Below are positions 1-10,212 of a stretch of DNA of 32,000 nucleotides, piece after piece. The stretch is from Mycobacterium tuberculosis H37Rv. GTDB taxonomy: Bacteria > Actinomycetota > Actinomycetes > Mycobacteriales > Mycobacteriaceae. Under the pieces are notes generated by a model that worked only from the letters and a program-made list of their open reading frames with translations, did not search any database and was not told where the DNA came from. How positions within the stretch are numbered: position 1 is the first letter of the stretch; every line of letters begins with the position of its first letter. The position numbers and the translations under genes are program-made. The stretch spans positions 2,250,001-2,282,000 of the forward strand of contig NC_000962.3 of the NCBI RefSeq assembly GCF_000195955.2, read 5' to 3'.

Positions 1-974
1 GCCAACCGGACCGTAGCGTGCTGTAGGTGTTGGGTGGCGATGATCAGGTGGCGCACGGCGTCCGCAGCGGCCTCCGGTTTGCCCTGGGAGAATCGCACGC
101 ACTCGACTTTCGCGCGCACCACCGCGCGATAAGCAATGTAGAAGTCGCGCAGCGACGCCGGGGCGGTATCACCCGAACGCACCGCATAGCCGGCCAGGAA
201 GTAGTCCCCAAGATCTTTGCGGCCCAAGAACTCCAGATCCATGGCCAAAAAGGCGGCGTCGTCGATGCGGTCGAGGTAGCGAAGCTCGTCTTCGAACTCC
301 AAGCAATCCAGCAGCGCCGGTTCGCCATCCACCAAGAAGATGTCATCGGCCAGTAGATCCGCGTGGCCGTCTACAATACAACCTTCTTTGATCCGGCCGG
401 CGAACAAAACCTCGCGCCCGGAAACGAATTCGTCGACCATGTGTTCAATCCGCCGAATCACATCCCCGGAGACCACTTTGTCCGCGTGGTGGCGAAGTTC
501 GGCCAGGTTTTCGTGCCAACGCCGCGCCACCGCACCGACCTCGCCTTGAGTATCGATGCACCGGTTACGCTGTGCGCGCTGGTGAAACCGGGCCAACACC
601 TCAGCGATCGCGTCCAGGGCACCCTCGACCGGCAGGCCGGCGGTCACCATCGACGCCAGCCGCTGCTTGTCGCGGTAACGCCGCATGACGACGACCGGTT
701 CGGCGTGCCCGCCGCTTGGATCGCTGAGATGGGCAATGCCCAAGTAGCTCTGCGCGGCCAGCCGACTATTCAACTCGAATTCCCGGATACAGGCGCGCTC
801 ACGCTGTTCCGCCGTGCGGAAGTCGCAGAAATCCGTCACCACAGGCTTTTTCGCCTTGAACGCCCGGTCGCCGGCCAACACAACCACTGCGGTGTGGGTT
901 TCGCGCACATCGATGAAAGGCTCATCTGTCACAGGATGGGCGTCACACGTGCCGTCGTTGGTCGGTGAGTCCAT
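1..974 (-). CDS. Conserved protein with aminoglycoside-phosphotransferase-like N-terminal half (Rv2004c-like), partial; C-terminus lies beyond the window edge
   Basis: Not in the ORF track because it runs off the edge. Reverse-strand reading from ATG at 974 stays open: MDSPTNDGTCDAHPVTDEPFIDVRETHTAVVVLAGDRAFKAKKPVVTDFCDFRTAEQRERACIREFELNSRL... Confidence 0.85.
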   Translation of the reverse strand, partial: MDSPTNDGTCDAHPVTDEPFIDVRETHTAVVVLAGDRAFKAKKPVVTDFCDFRTAEQRERACIREFELNSRLAAQSYLGIAHLSDPSGGHAEPVVVMRRYRDKQRLASMVTAGLPVEGALDAIAEVLARFHQRAQRNRCIDTQGEVGAVARRWHENLAELRHHADKVVSGDVIRRIEHMVDEFVSGREVLFAGRIKEGCIVDGHADLLADDIFLVDGEPALLDCLEFEDELRYLDRIDDAAFLAMDLEFLGRKDLGDYFLAGYAVRSGDTAPASLRDFYIAYRAVVRAKVECVRFSQGKPEAAADAVRHLIIATQHLQHATVRL

Positions 975-995
975 GGCGGTAGCCAAGCCAAGTAG

Positions 996-1883
996 TCACG
1001 ACTGCCGTGCCACGATCACTGGCACCCGCGCGGCGTGTAAGACCGCGTTACTGACCGACCCCAGAAGCATGCCGGTCAAGCCACCTCGGCCATGACTGCC
1101 AACGACGACAAGCTGGGCGGACGCCGACTTTTGCACCAGCTTCCGCGCCGGGCGATCGCAAACGACAACCCGGCTCACCGGCACATCGGGATAGCGTTCT
1201 TGCCAACCTGCCAAGCGTTCGGCGAGACTAAGCTCCGCTTCCTGCTGTACAGCCGAGAAGTCCAAACCCGGAAGTTCCACCACTTCGACGTCACTCCACG
1301 CGTGCACGGCGATCAGTTCGACGCCGCGGCGCGACGCCTCGTCAAATGCCACCGCCGTCGCAAGCTCCGAAACCGGCGAACCGTCGATTCCCACCAGCAC
1401 GGGAGCGTGCTGCGGATCAGGGATCACCGCATCATCGCTGTGGATGACCGCGACCGGGCACCCGGCGCGTCGCACCAGGCTCGAGCTGACCGAACCGAGC
1501 AAGCCTCGGGCCAGCGCTCCCCGGCCCGAGCTGCCCAACACCACCATCTCTGCCTCGTTGGAGATTTCAACCATGGTAGGTACCGGCGTGGAAAATACGA
1601 GCTCGCTCTTTACGCTGAGCTTTCGATCCGCTCCAACCGCCTCTTTGGCGAGCTTGACGGCGTTGGCGACGATCTGGCGACCCTCGTCCTCCTGCCAAAC
1701 CCCCCAGGTCTCCGGATACGGCATCGGCGGCCACGTCGCTACATCGGCGTTCACCACGTGGACCACGGTCAGCGGAATGTTCCTCATCGCCGCATCGGTG
1801 GCACCCCAACAGGCGGCGGCATCCGATTCGAGCGAACCATCTACCCCGACGACAACTCCGTGCTGCTTGCGGGGTTTAGACAT
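996..1883 (-). CDS. Universal stress protein, tandem UspA domains (Rv2005c-like)
   Basis: 295 aa ORF with VVVGVDGS and [11 protein letters not shown] at domain starts and [36 protein letters not shown]-binding signature. Confidence 0.93.
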   Translation of the reverse strand: MSKPRKQHGVVVGVDGSLESDAAACWGATDAAMRNIPLTVVHVVNADVATWPPMPYPETWGVWQEDEGRQIVANAVKLAKEAVGADRKLSVKSELVFSTPVPTMVEISNEAEMVVLGSSGRGALARGLLGSVSSSLVRRAGCPVAVIHSDDAVIPDPQHAPVLVGIDGSPVSELATAVAFDEASRRGVELIAVHAWSDVEVVELPGLDFSAVQQEAELSLAERLAGWQERYPDVPVSRVVVCDRPARKLVQKSASAQLVVVGSHGRGGLTGMLLGSVSNAVLHAARVPVIVARQS

Positions 1884-1934
1884 CTCATTCTCCCTTCGCC
1901 TCGAGCAACGCTATGAACCGGGACAGTCACCGGT

Positions 1935-1954
1935 CATGAGGCTTTAGTCCCCAA
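1935..1954 (-). promoter_or_regulatory. Putative DosR box between the USP gene and otsB1-like gene
   Basis: Reverse strand TTGGGGACTAAAGCCTCATG matches the left half of the DosR consensus TTSGGGACTWWAGTCCCSAA; lies 52 bp upstream of the USP start. Confidence 0.7.
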
Positions 1955-2001
1955 TCGGACGGCCAACCGACCATGATTGGATTCGACGCCCGAATCCAAG
2001 C

Positions 2002-5000
2002 GTGCGCTGTGGCATCGTCGTCAATGTGACCGGACCGCCGCCCACCATCGACCGGCGCTACCACGACGCTGTCATCGTCGGCCTCGACAACGTGGTCGAC
2101 AAGGCCACGCGAGTGCACGCCGCGGCATGGACGAAGTTCTTGGATGACTACCTCACCCGACGACCCCAGCGGACCGGCGAAGACCATTGCCCCCTCACCC
2201 ACGACGACTACCGCCGCTTCTTGGCCGGCAAACCCGACGGTGTAGCCGACTTCTTGGCCGCCCGCGGAATCAGGCTGCCGCCGGGCTCCCCGACTGATCT
2301 CACCGACGACACCGTGTACGGGCTGCAAAACCTCGAGCGCCAGACATTCCTGCAACTGTTGAACACCGGTGTCCCCGAGGGCAAGTCGATTGCCTCGTTC
2401 GCACGTCGGCTGCAGGTTGCCGGTGTCCGCGTGGCCGCCCACACCTCCCACCGTAACTACGGGCACACGCTGGATGCCACCGGCCTGGCAGAAGTGTTTG
2501 CCGTCTTTGTCGACGGCGCCGTCACCGCCGAGCTCGGGCTACCGGCCGAGCCTAACCCGGCCGGCCTGATCGAGACGGCGAAGCGGCTGGGAGCAAACCC
2601 CGGTCGCTGTGTGGTCATCGACAGCTGCCAGACCGGTCTGCGCGCCGGCCGGAACGGCGGATTCGCGCTGGTGATTGCCGTCGACGCGCACGGCGATGCC
2701 GAGAACCTGCTGTCCAGCGGAGCCGACGCCGTGGTCGCAGACCTGGCCGCTGTCACGGTGGGAAGCGGCGACGCCGCCATCTCCACGATTCCCGACGCCC
2801 TGCAGGTCTACAGCCAATTGAAAAGACTACTGACCGGCCGACGACCAGCGGTGTTTCTCGATTTCGACGGCACGTTATCCGATATCGTCGAGCGCCCCGA
2901 AGCGGCAACGCTCGTCGACGGCGCAGCAGAAGCGTTGCGAGCGCTGGCGGCCCAGTGTCCGGTGGCGGTGATAAGCGGACGCGACCTGGCCGACGTTCGC
3001 AACCGGGTCAAAGTCGACGGGCTGTGGCTGGCCGGCAGCCACGGCTTCGAATTAGTGGCGCCAGACGGCAGCCATCACCAAAACGCCGCCGCCACTGCAG
3101 CTATCGACGGATTGGCCGAGGCGGCAGCGCAATTGGCCGACGCACTCCGCGAAATCGCCGGAGCAGTAGTGGAACACAAACGCTTCGCAGTCGCAGTGCA
3201 CTATCGCAACGTTGCCGACGACAGCGTCGACAACCTGATTGCGGCGGTGCGCCGACTCGGACACGCAGCAGGGCTGCGTGTCACCACCGGCCGCAAAGTC
3301 GTCGAGCTTCGCCCGGATATAGCCTGGGACAAGGGCAAAGCACTCGATTGGATCGGTGAGCGGCTCGGCCCGGCCGAAGTCGGCCCCGACCTACGGTTGC
3401 CGATCTACATCGGCGACGACCTTACCGACGAAGATGCCTTTGATGCCGTGCGTTTCACCGGTGTCGGGATTGTGGTGCGCCACAACGAACACGGTGATCG
3501 ACGGTCTGCCGCTACCTTTCGTCTCGAATGTCCTTACACCGTTTGCCAATTCCTCTCCCAGCTGGCTTGCGATCTGCAGGAGGCAGTGCAGCACGACGAT
3601 CCGTGGACTCTGGTCTTCCACGGCTACGACCCCGGCCAGGAGCGGCTGCGTGAAGCGCTGTGCGCGGTGGGCAACGGCTACCTGGGTTCGCGGGGCTGCG
3701 CACCCGAATCAGCGGAAAGCGAGGCACATTACCCGGGCACCTATGTGGCCGGGGTGTACAACCAGCTCACTGACCACATCGAAGGGTGCACCGTTGACAA
3801 CGAAAGCCTGGTCAACCTCCCCAACTGGTTGTCGCTGACCTTCCGTATCGACGGCGGAGCATGGTTCAACGTCGATACGGTCGAGTTGTTGTCCTACCGG
3901 CAGACGTTCGACCTACGCCGTGCCACGTTGACCCGCAGCTTGCGATTCCGAGACGCCGGCGGACGAGTGACCACGATGACCCAGGAGCGGTTCGCGTCCA
4001 TGAACCGGCCCAACCTGGTCGCACTGCAAACTCGGATTGAATCCGAAAATTGGTCGGGCACAGTTGATTTCCGGTCACTAGTCGACGGAGGTGTGCATAA
4101 CACCCTGGTGGACCGCTATCGGCAACTATCCAGCCAACACCTTACCACCGCCGAGATAGAAGTCCTGGCGGACTCGGTGTTGTTGCGCACCCAGACGTCG
4201 CAATCGGGTATCGCGATCGCGGTCGCCGCTCGCAGTACCCTGTGGCGCGATGGCCAACGGGTCGACGCGCAATATCGGGTCGCCAGGGACACCAACCGCG
4301 GCGGCCATGACATCCAGGTCACCCTGTCAGCGGGGCAATCGGTCACGCTGGAAAAGGTCGCGACGATCTTCACGAGCCGGGACGCCGCGACATTGACAGC
4401 GGCAATAAGCGCACAGCGCTGTCTAGGTGAGGCCGGTCGCTATGCCGAGCTCTGTCAACAGCACGTCCGCGCGTGGGCACGGCTGTGGGAACGATGCGCC
4501 ATCGATTTGACCGGCAACACCGAGGAATTGCGGCTCGTGCGACTGCACCTACTGCACCTGCTACAGACCATTTCGCCGCATACCGCTGAGCTCGACGCCG
4601 GGGTCCCAGCGCGCGGGCTGAACGGAGAGGCCTACCGCGGGCATGTCTTCTGGGATGCGCTGTTCGTCGCTCCGGTGCTCAGCCTGCGGATGCCGAAGGT
4701 GGCGCGATCGCTGCTGGACTATCGGTACCGACGACTACCCGCGGCCCGCCGAGCGGCGCACCGGGCGGGCCACCTTGGCGCGATGTATCCCTGGCAGTCG
4801 GGCAGCGACGGAAGCGAAGTGAGTCAGCAGCTGCACCTCAATCCACGGTCCGGGCGGTGGACTCCCGATCCCAGTGATCGTGCCCATCACGTCGGTCTAG
4901 CGGTTGCCTACAACGCGTGGCACTACTACCAAGTGACCGGTGACCGCCAGTATCTCGTCGACTGCGGGGCAGAGCTGCTGGTTGAGATCGCACGCTTCTG

Positions 5001-5985
5001 GGTAGGCCTGGCCAAGTTGGATGACAGTCGCGGCCGCTACCTGATCCGGGGAGTAATCGGTCCCGACGAATTCCATTCGGGGTATCCCGGCAACGAGTAC
5101 GACGGAATAGACAACAATGCGTACACCAACGTGATGGCGGTATGGGTGATCCTGCGGGCAATGGAGGCGCTGGACCTGCTACCGCTGACCGATCGCCGCC
5201 ATCTGATCGAAAAGCTCGGGCTGACAACGCAGGAGCGCGACCAATGGGACGACGTGAGCCGACGCATGTTCGTTCCATTCCACGACGGCGTGATCAGCCA
5301 GTTCGAGGGCTATTCGGAACTGGCGGAACTGGATTGGGATCACTATCGGCACCGATACGGAAACATCCAACGACTCGACCGGATCCTGGAAGCCGAGGGC
5401 GACAGCGTGAACAACTACCAGGCGTCCAAGCAAGCCGACGCGCTGATGCTGCTCTACCTGCTGTCTTCCGACGAGCTGATCGGCCTGTTGGCCCGGCTTG
5501 GCTACCGCTTCGCGCCCACACAAATCCCAGGCACCGTGGATTACTATCTTGCCCGCACCTCGGATGGATCTACCCTGAGCGCTGTCGTGCATGCGTGGGT
5601 TCTCGCCCGCGCCAACCGGAGCAATGCCATGGAGTACTTCCGTCAGGTCCTGCGCTCCGATATCGCCGACGTCCAGGGCGGCACAACCCAGGAAGGAATT
5701 CACCTGGCGGCCATGGCTGGCAGCATCGACCTGCTGCAGCGTTGCTATTCCGGATTGGAACTGCGCGACGACCGGCTGGTGTTGAGCCCGCAATGGCCGG
5801 AAGCACTTGGACCACTTGAGTTTCCGTTTGTGTACCGCCGCCACCAGCTGAGCCTGCGAATCAGTGGCCGAAGCGCCACATTGACCGCAGAAAGTGGAGA
5901 CGCCGAGCCAATTGAGGTCGAATGCCGTGGCCACGTGCAGCGGCTACGGTGCGGGCACACCATCGAAGTCGGTTGCAGCAGGTGA
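2002..5985 (+). CDS. otsB1: Multi-domain protein: HAD hydrolase (beta-phosphoglucomutase-like) + trehalose-6-phosphate phosphatase (OtsB) + GH65 glycosyl hydrolase/phosphorylase (Rv2006-like)
   Basis: 1327 aa ORF; FLDFDGTLSDI and GDDLTDEDAF (OtsB), GH65-like VIGPDEFHSGYPGNEYDGIDNNAYTNVM in the C-terminal half. Confidence 0.93.
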   Translation: MRCGIVVNVTGPPPTIDRRYHDAVIVGLDNVVDKATRVHAAAWTKFLDDYLTRRPQRTGEDHCPLTHDDYRRFLAGKPDGVADFLAARGIRLPPGSPTDLTDDTVYGLQNLERQTFLQLLNTGVPEGKSIASFARRLQVAGVRVAAHTSHRNYGHTLDATGLAEVFAVFVDGAVTAELGLPAEPNPAGLIETAKRLGANPGRCVVIDSCQTGLRAGRNGGFALVIAVDAHGDAENLLSSGADAVVADLAAVTVGSGDAAISTIPDALQVYSQLKRLLTGRRPAVFLDFDGTLSDIVERPEAATLVDGAAEALRALAAQCPVAVISGRDLADVRNRVKVDGLWLAGSHGFELVAPDGSHHQNAAATAAIDGLAEAAAQLADALREIAGAVVEHKRFAVAVHYRNVADDSVDNLIAAVRRLGHAAGLRVTTGRKVVELRPDIAWDKGKALDWIGERLGPAEVGPDLRLPIYIGDDLTDEDAFDAVRFTGVGIVVRHNEHGDRRSAATFRLECPYTVCQFLSQLACDLQEAVQHDDPWTLVFHGYDPGQERLREALCAVGNGYLGSRGCAPESAESEAHYPGTYVAGVYNQLTDHIEGCTVDNESLVNLPNWLSLTFRIDGGAWFNVDTVELLSYRQTFDLRRATLTRSLRFRDAGGRVTTMTQERFASMNRPNLVALQTRIESENWSGTVDFRSLVDGGVHNTLVDRYRQLSSQHLTTAEIEVLADSVLLRTQTSQSGIAIAVAARSTLWRDGQRVDAQYRVARDTNRGGHDIQVTLSAGQSVTLEKVATIFTSRDAATLTAAISAQRCLGEAGRYAELCQQHVRAWARLWERCAIDLTGNTEELRLVRLHLLHLLQTISPHTAELDAGVPARGLNGEAYRGHVFWDALFVAPVLSLRMPKVARSLLDYRYRRLPAARRAAHRAGHLGAMYPWQSGSDGSEVSQQLHLNPRSGRWTPDPSDRAHHVGLAVAYNAWHYYQVTGDRQYLVDCGAELLVEIARFWVGLAKLDDSRGRYLIRGVIGPDEFHSGYPGNEYDGIDNNAYTNVMAVWVILRAMEALDLLPLTDRRHLIEKLGLTTQERDQWDDVSRRMFVPFHDGVISQFEGYSELAELDWDHYRHRYGNIQRLDRILEAEGDSVNNYQASKQADALMLLYLLSSDELIGLLARLGYRFAPTQIPGTVDYYLARTSDGSTLSAVVHAWVLARANRSNAMEYFRQVLRSDIADVQGGTTQEGIHLAAMAGSIDLLQRCYSGLELRDDRLVLSPQWPEALGPLEFPFVYRRHQLSLRISGRSATLTAESGDAEPIEVECRGHVQRLRCGHTIEVGCSR

Positions 5986-6083
5986 CCAATGTCGCACATG
6001 GTGGGTCGACGATCTCTCCTGGAAAGGACGGCCGGCCGCGGTCTCCCTTATTGCGTTGGGTGTTGTGTGCTCGTCGCCTGCGA

Positions 6084-6428
6084 CTAAGGGCACTCCACCG
6101 GGATAGCCGCGACCAGAGGCGTGTCGACTCCGATCGGGCCCACCGCTGCGGCACCACCCGGCGAACCCAGCGGAGCCACTCGGCCCGGCAGGACTTGGTG
6201 GAAAAAGGCGGCGTTGTCCCCCAGATGCTGGTGTTGATCGTCGGGTAGATCGCCTTCCCAGTAGATCGCCTCGACGCGGCAGGCCGGTTTGCACGCACCA
6301 CAATCCACGCACTCGTCGGGGTTGATGTAGAGCATTCGGGCGCCCTCATAGATACAGTCGACCGGACACTCCTGCACACAGGACTTGTCCATCACATCCA
6401 CGCACTCACTACCGATCACATAGGTCAC
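6084..6428 (-). CDS. fdxA: Ferredoxin FdxA (7Fe/4Fe type)
   Basis: VTYVIGSECVDVMDKSCVQECPVDCIYEG...CVDCGACKPACRVEAI cysteine clusters; GTG start at 6428 chosen because the 129 aa track ORF adds 15 atypical residues. Confidence 0.95.
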   Translation of the reverse strand: MTYVIGSECVDVMDKSCVQECPVDCIYEGARMLYINPDECVDCGACKPACRVEAIYWEGDLPDDQHQHLGDNAAFFHQVLPGRVAPLGSPGGAAAVGPIGVDTPLVAAIPVECP

Positions 6429-6485
6429 AAACGGCAAGCTACCGGCCCGATGCCGAGGATCGCGCCTATCCAAAGACCCCTACCG

Positions 6486-6505
6486 GAAAGGACCAAAGGC
6501 CTTAT
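6486..6505 (-). promoter_or_regulatory. Weak candidate DosR box upstream of fdxA
   Basis: Plus-strand core AGGACCAAAGGCC matches 10 of 13 positions of GGGACTWWAGTCC; 58-77 bp upstream of fdxA GTG. Confidence 0.4.
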
Positions 6506-6616
6506 TCGTCAAGTTCGTCACTGGCACGTCGACGCGGGGTGCAAGAAAACCGGGGCGGTTCACCCGACCGCCAGCGGGATTCACGCTCCCCCAGGCCATA
6601 AACTTACGATAGCCCG

Positions 6617-7942
6617 TCATTTCAAGAGCGCGAGAAGTTCATCGACACTCCCGGTGGTCAAGATCTGATCCGCGGGAACCGCAACGACCGTGTCGCTCAA
6701 GGGAAAGCGGTGTTCGCCAGGGTAGACGATTGCCAACCTCGCCAGTTGGAGGTCGACAAGAGCCGAGCGCATCGACCGGGAAATCGACGGTGTAGACGTC
6801 CGCTTGATCTCGAATCCATAGGGACGGCCAGATAATTCGACATAGAGATCGAGTTCGGCGTCTTGCTGGGTGCGCCAGTAATACAGCGGATTCGGGGCGA
6901 GCAGGGCCGCAAGCTGCTCGAGCACGAACCCCTCCCAGCTCGCGCCGAGCTTCGGATTGCGTTCGAGGGCAAGCCGATCGTCGATACCGAGCAACCTGTG
7001 CAACAAACCGGTGTCCCGGATGTAGATCTTGGGTGATCGGCGTTGTCGCTTTCCGATGTTGGCGAACCAGGGCGTCAGCTGACGGACGACGAGTGCATCG
7101 GTGAGCGCATCGAGGTATCGCCGCGCCGTCGTCTGAGCAACGTCGAGTGAGCGGGCAAGTTCTGCGCCGCTGAAGAGCTGGCCATGGTAGTGGGCGAGCA
7201 TCGTCCACGCGCGCCGCATCGTCGCGGCCGGAATGCGCACACCAAGCTGGGCGAGATCGCGCTCCAGAAACGTGGTGATGTAGCCGTCGCGCCACGCCGC
7301 GGAGTCCTCGTTGGAGCGTGCCGTGAACGAGGGCGGTAGACCCCCACGCAACCAGAGGCGATCGGCGGCCGAGGATCCGACGTCGCGGACCGTCAGGCCG
7401 GACAACTCCACCAACTCGACGCGTCCGGCCAAACTTTCGGACGCCAGCCCGACAAGATCGGGTGAGGCGCTACCCAGGATAAGAAACCGGGCCGGCATGA
7501 CAGGCCTGTCGACGAGCACGCGTAGGACCGGAAACAGATCCGGAATCCGTTGCGCCTCGTCGATCGTGATCAACCCGCTAAGGCCGGATAAAGCCAACAT
7601 CGGGTCGGCAAGCCGTGTCGCGTCGACGGGATTTTCGGCGTCAAACGTACATTCGGGTGCGGACTTGCCCACCAGCCGGCTAAGGGTGGTCTTGCCGGCT
7701 TGACGAGGTCCGGTAAGCAACACCACCGGCGCTCGGTGTAGCGCGCGTCGCAACCGCGCGGCGGCGTCGCGGCGTTCGATCAACATGCATGAAATTCTAG
7801 CGGTAGGCGCTGATATTTCATGGTTAGCCGCCCCCGGGAGACTCGGTGGTGGGTCCCACACGCCTAGAAAGTCGCCGGCGATAACGACCGGCCAGGTCAG
7901 CGGGGTTGGCCGCAGCCCGATAAGGCTCTCGATCTCGTCCAT
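6617..7942 (-). CDS. AAA ATPase with DUF4143-type C-terminus (Rv2008c-like)
   Basis: 441 aa from MDEIESL; Walker [32 protein letters not shown]-terminal [15 protein letters not shown] and GYGFEIKR-like region ([13 protein letters not shown]). Confidence 0.9.
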
Positions 7943-8017
7943 CAGGCATGCTCCACATCGCCTGCACCAGGGCAAAGCTGCACCGGTCGTGCGAGCCGGT
8001 TAGCAAATAGCACGTTC

Positions 8018-8029
8018 ATACACATAAAT

Positions 8030-8035
<6 letters not shown>
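8018..8035. promoter_or_regulatory. Perfect palindrome, candidate VapB15 operator
   Basis: ATACACAT-AA-ATGTGTAT (8-2-8) read directly. Confidence 0.65.
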
Positions 8036-8671
<636 letters not shown>

Positions 8672-8853
8672 CTGCGGACACCCGGACGATTTCGTGTCTC
8701 ACATCTGACCCGTGGCCGTCGTCGTCCGCCGCCGGGTACATCGACATAGTGGACCAGGGAACATCGCCAGCGCATGAGTGAGCGCGGATACCACCCGGTC
8801 CGGGGACGCGTTGGCGCTGGCCGAAGCCGACCGGCCCAGCGATGACATCGACT

Positions 8854-9285
8854 TCAAGGACGTTCGGCTTTCAGCGCGACGATCATCCGCCTCAGGCTGT
8901 CGCGGGTCGCTTGCAGCGCGGCCGGGTCTACGGCGTCAGCAAGTCGGTTGTTGACGACGATGGCGCGTTCGGTGATTGCCTGGAGAACGCGGCGACCATT
9001 CTCGGTTAGCACCAGCAGTGGTGATGTGCGGTGGTCGGGGTTGTGTCTGAGCTCGGCCAAGCCGCAAACGACCAGATCGTTGGCCACTCGCTGCACCCCC
9101 TGACGGGTAACACCAAGGCGGCGAGCGGCTTGGGGCACGGTCAGCGCTCGATCGGAGACCACGCTCAGCAGCTGCCATCGCGCCTGCGTGTGCCCCTCTC
9201 TGGCAGCGACCACCTCACCTGAGCGCCGTAGCAGGCCAGCGAGCTCGAATACGTCTGCTACCAGCCGAGCGATCTCATCGGACAT
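8854..9285 (-). CDS. MarR-family transcriptional regulator (Rv2011c-like)
   Basis: 143 aa; ARWQLLSVVSDRALTVPQAARRLGVTRQGVQRVANDLVVCGLAELRHNPDHRTSPLLVLTENGRRVLQ winged helix pattern. Confidence 0.92.
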   Translation of the reverse strand: MSDEIARLVADVFELAGLLRRSGEVVAAREGHTQARWQLLSVVSDRALTVPQAARRLGVTRQGVQRVANDLVVCGLAELRHNPDHRTSPLLVLTENGRRVLQAITERAIVVNNRLADAVDPAALQATRDSLRRMIVALKAERP

Positions 9286-9299
9286 CCCGCCTCCAACTT

Positions 9300-9315
9300 T
9301 GACAATATATTGTCA
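9300..9315. promoter_or_regulatory. Perfect 16-bp palindrome, candidate MarR operator in divergent promoter
   Basis: TGACAATATATTGTCA between the MarR start (9285) and the divergent CDS. Confidence 0.75.
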
Positions 9316-9385
9316 TCATGGTTCGATGCTGTCAAAATCGAAACGGTCCTGTCGTCGTCGTGAAACCCTTCGCATCGGAGAAAAG

Positions 9386-9820
9386 ATGAGCGCTCCAATT
9401 ACGAATCTTCAAGCCGCACAGCGTGATGCCATCATGAACCGACCAGCGGTCAACGGCTTCCCCCATCTGGCCGAGACGCTGCGCCGCGCCGGTGTCCGAA
9501 CCAATACCTGGTGGCTACCGGCGATGCAAAGCCTGTACGAGACTGATTACGGTCCAGTCCTTGACCAAGGCGTGCCCCTGATCGACGGCGTGGCCGAGGT
9601 CCCGGCATTCGACCGCACGGCCCTCGTCACTGCGCTGCGCGCCGATCAGGCGGGTCAGACGTCTTTCCGAGAGTTCGCCGCGGCAGCCTGGCGAGCCGGT
9701 GTGCTCCGCTACGTCGTGGACCTCGAGAACCGCACCTGCACCTACTTCGGCCTGCATGATCAGACGTATATGGAGCACTACGCGGCAGTGGAGCCTTCCG
9801 GTGGTGCCCCTACGAGTTGA
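9386..9820 (+). CDS. DUF1398-like small protein (Rv2012-like)
   Basis: MSAPITNLQAAQRDAIMNRPAVNGFPHLAETLRRAGVRTNTWWLPAMQSLYETDYGPVLDQG...; ATG 9386 has GGAG just upstream; longer in-frame start at 9326 also possible. Confidence 0.7.
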   Translation: MSAPITNLQAAQRDAIMNRPAVNGFPHLAETLRRAGVRTNTWWLPAMQSLYETDYGPVLDQGVPLIDGVAEVPAFDRTALVTALRADQAGQTSFREFAAAAWRAGVLRYVVDLENRTCTYFGLHDQTYMEHYAAVEPSGGAPTS

Positions 9821-10043
9821 GCTGCGCCCGTCGCAGCGACATTCCAGCAGACCGCGACGTCAGTCTTGGGCGGCCTGACTATCGCGATGATCCGTCGCCC
9901 GCTCATCAACCCGGTTCGTGGTCAAGACTTTTCACCGGGGCGACGTTTCCTGGGGCTAGTAAGGCGGTTGCCGATCTTCGTGAAGCGGCGGTGTCCGAGA
10001 CCCACGACACCAAGGACGTGTTAGCCGCTTTGGCCGCGCGCAA

Positions 10044-10212
10044 GTCCCCGGTGCGACCTTTCTGATGCGATCGACGATGTAGGTGGGATCTCGTGCTCTC
10101 CGCACCAGTCGTTGGGATCCTGGGCGATTCCGGACGCTTTGTCGGTGGTGACGCGGTCGATGATCCAGCCTAGCGCCGAACCCGAGCCGAGCAGGCAACG
10201 CCCGGCCCCAAG
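10044..10212 (-). pseudogene. Remnant of the C-terminal tail of a Type ISP-like restriction/helicase protein (copy 1)
   Basis: Reverse strand encodes, in shifted frames, LLGSGSALGWIIDR-VTTDKASGIAQDPNDWCGEH...PTYIVDRIRKV; near-identical DNA to 16479-16620. Confidence 0.75.

Noticed and set aside
1092-1916. 274 aa plus-strand ORF opposite the USP gene
   Set aside because: Complete overlap with a clear USP gene on the other strand; no recognisable motif, typical high-GC antisense ORF.
5142-5934. Overlapping ORFs on both strands (225 aa +, 251 aa -) inside the GH65 region
   Set aside because: Out-of-frame translations of the otsB1-like CDS whose own frame has GH65 motifs.
6084-6473. Longer 129 aa version of FdxA
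   Set aside because: The additional MDRRDPRHRAGSLPF is atypical; ferredoxin homologues begin TYVIGSECVDV, so GTG at 6428 is preferred.
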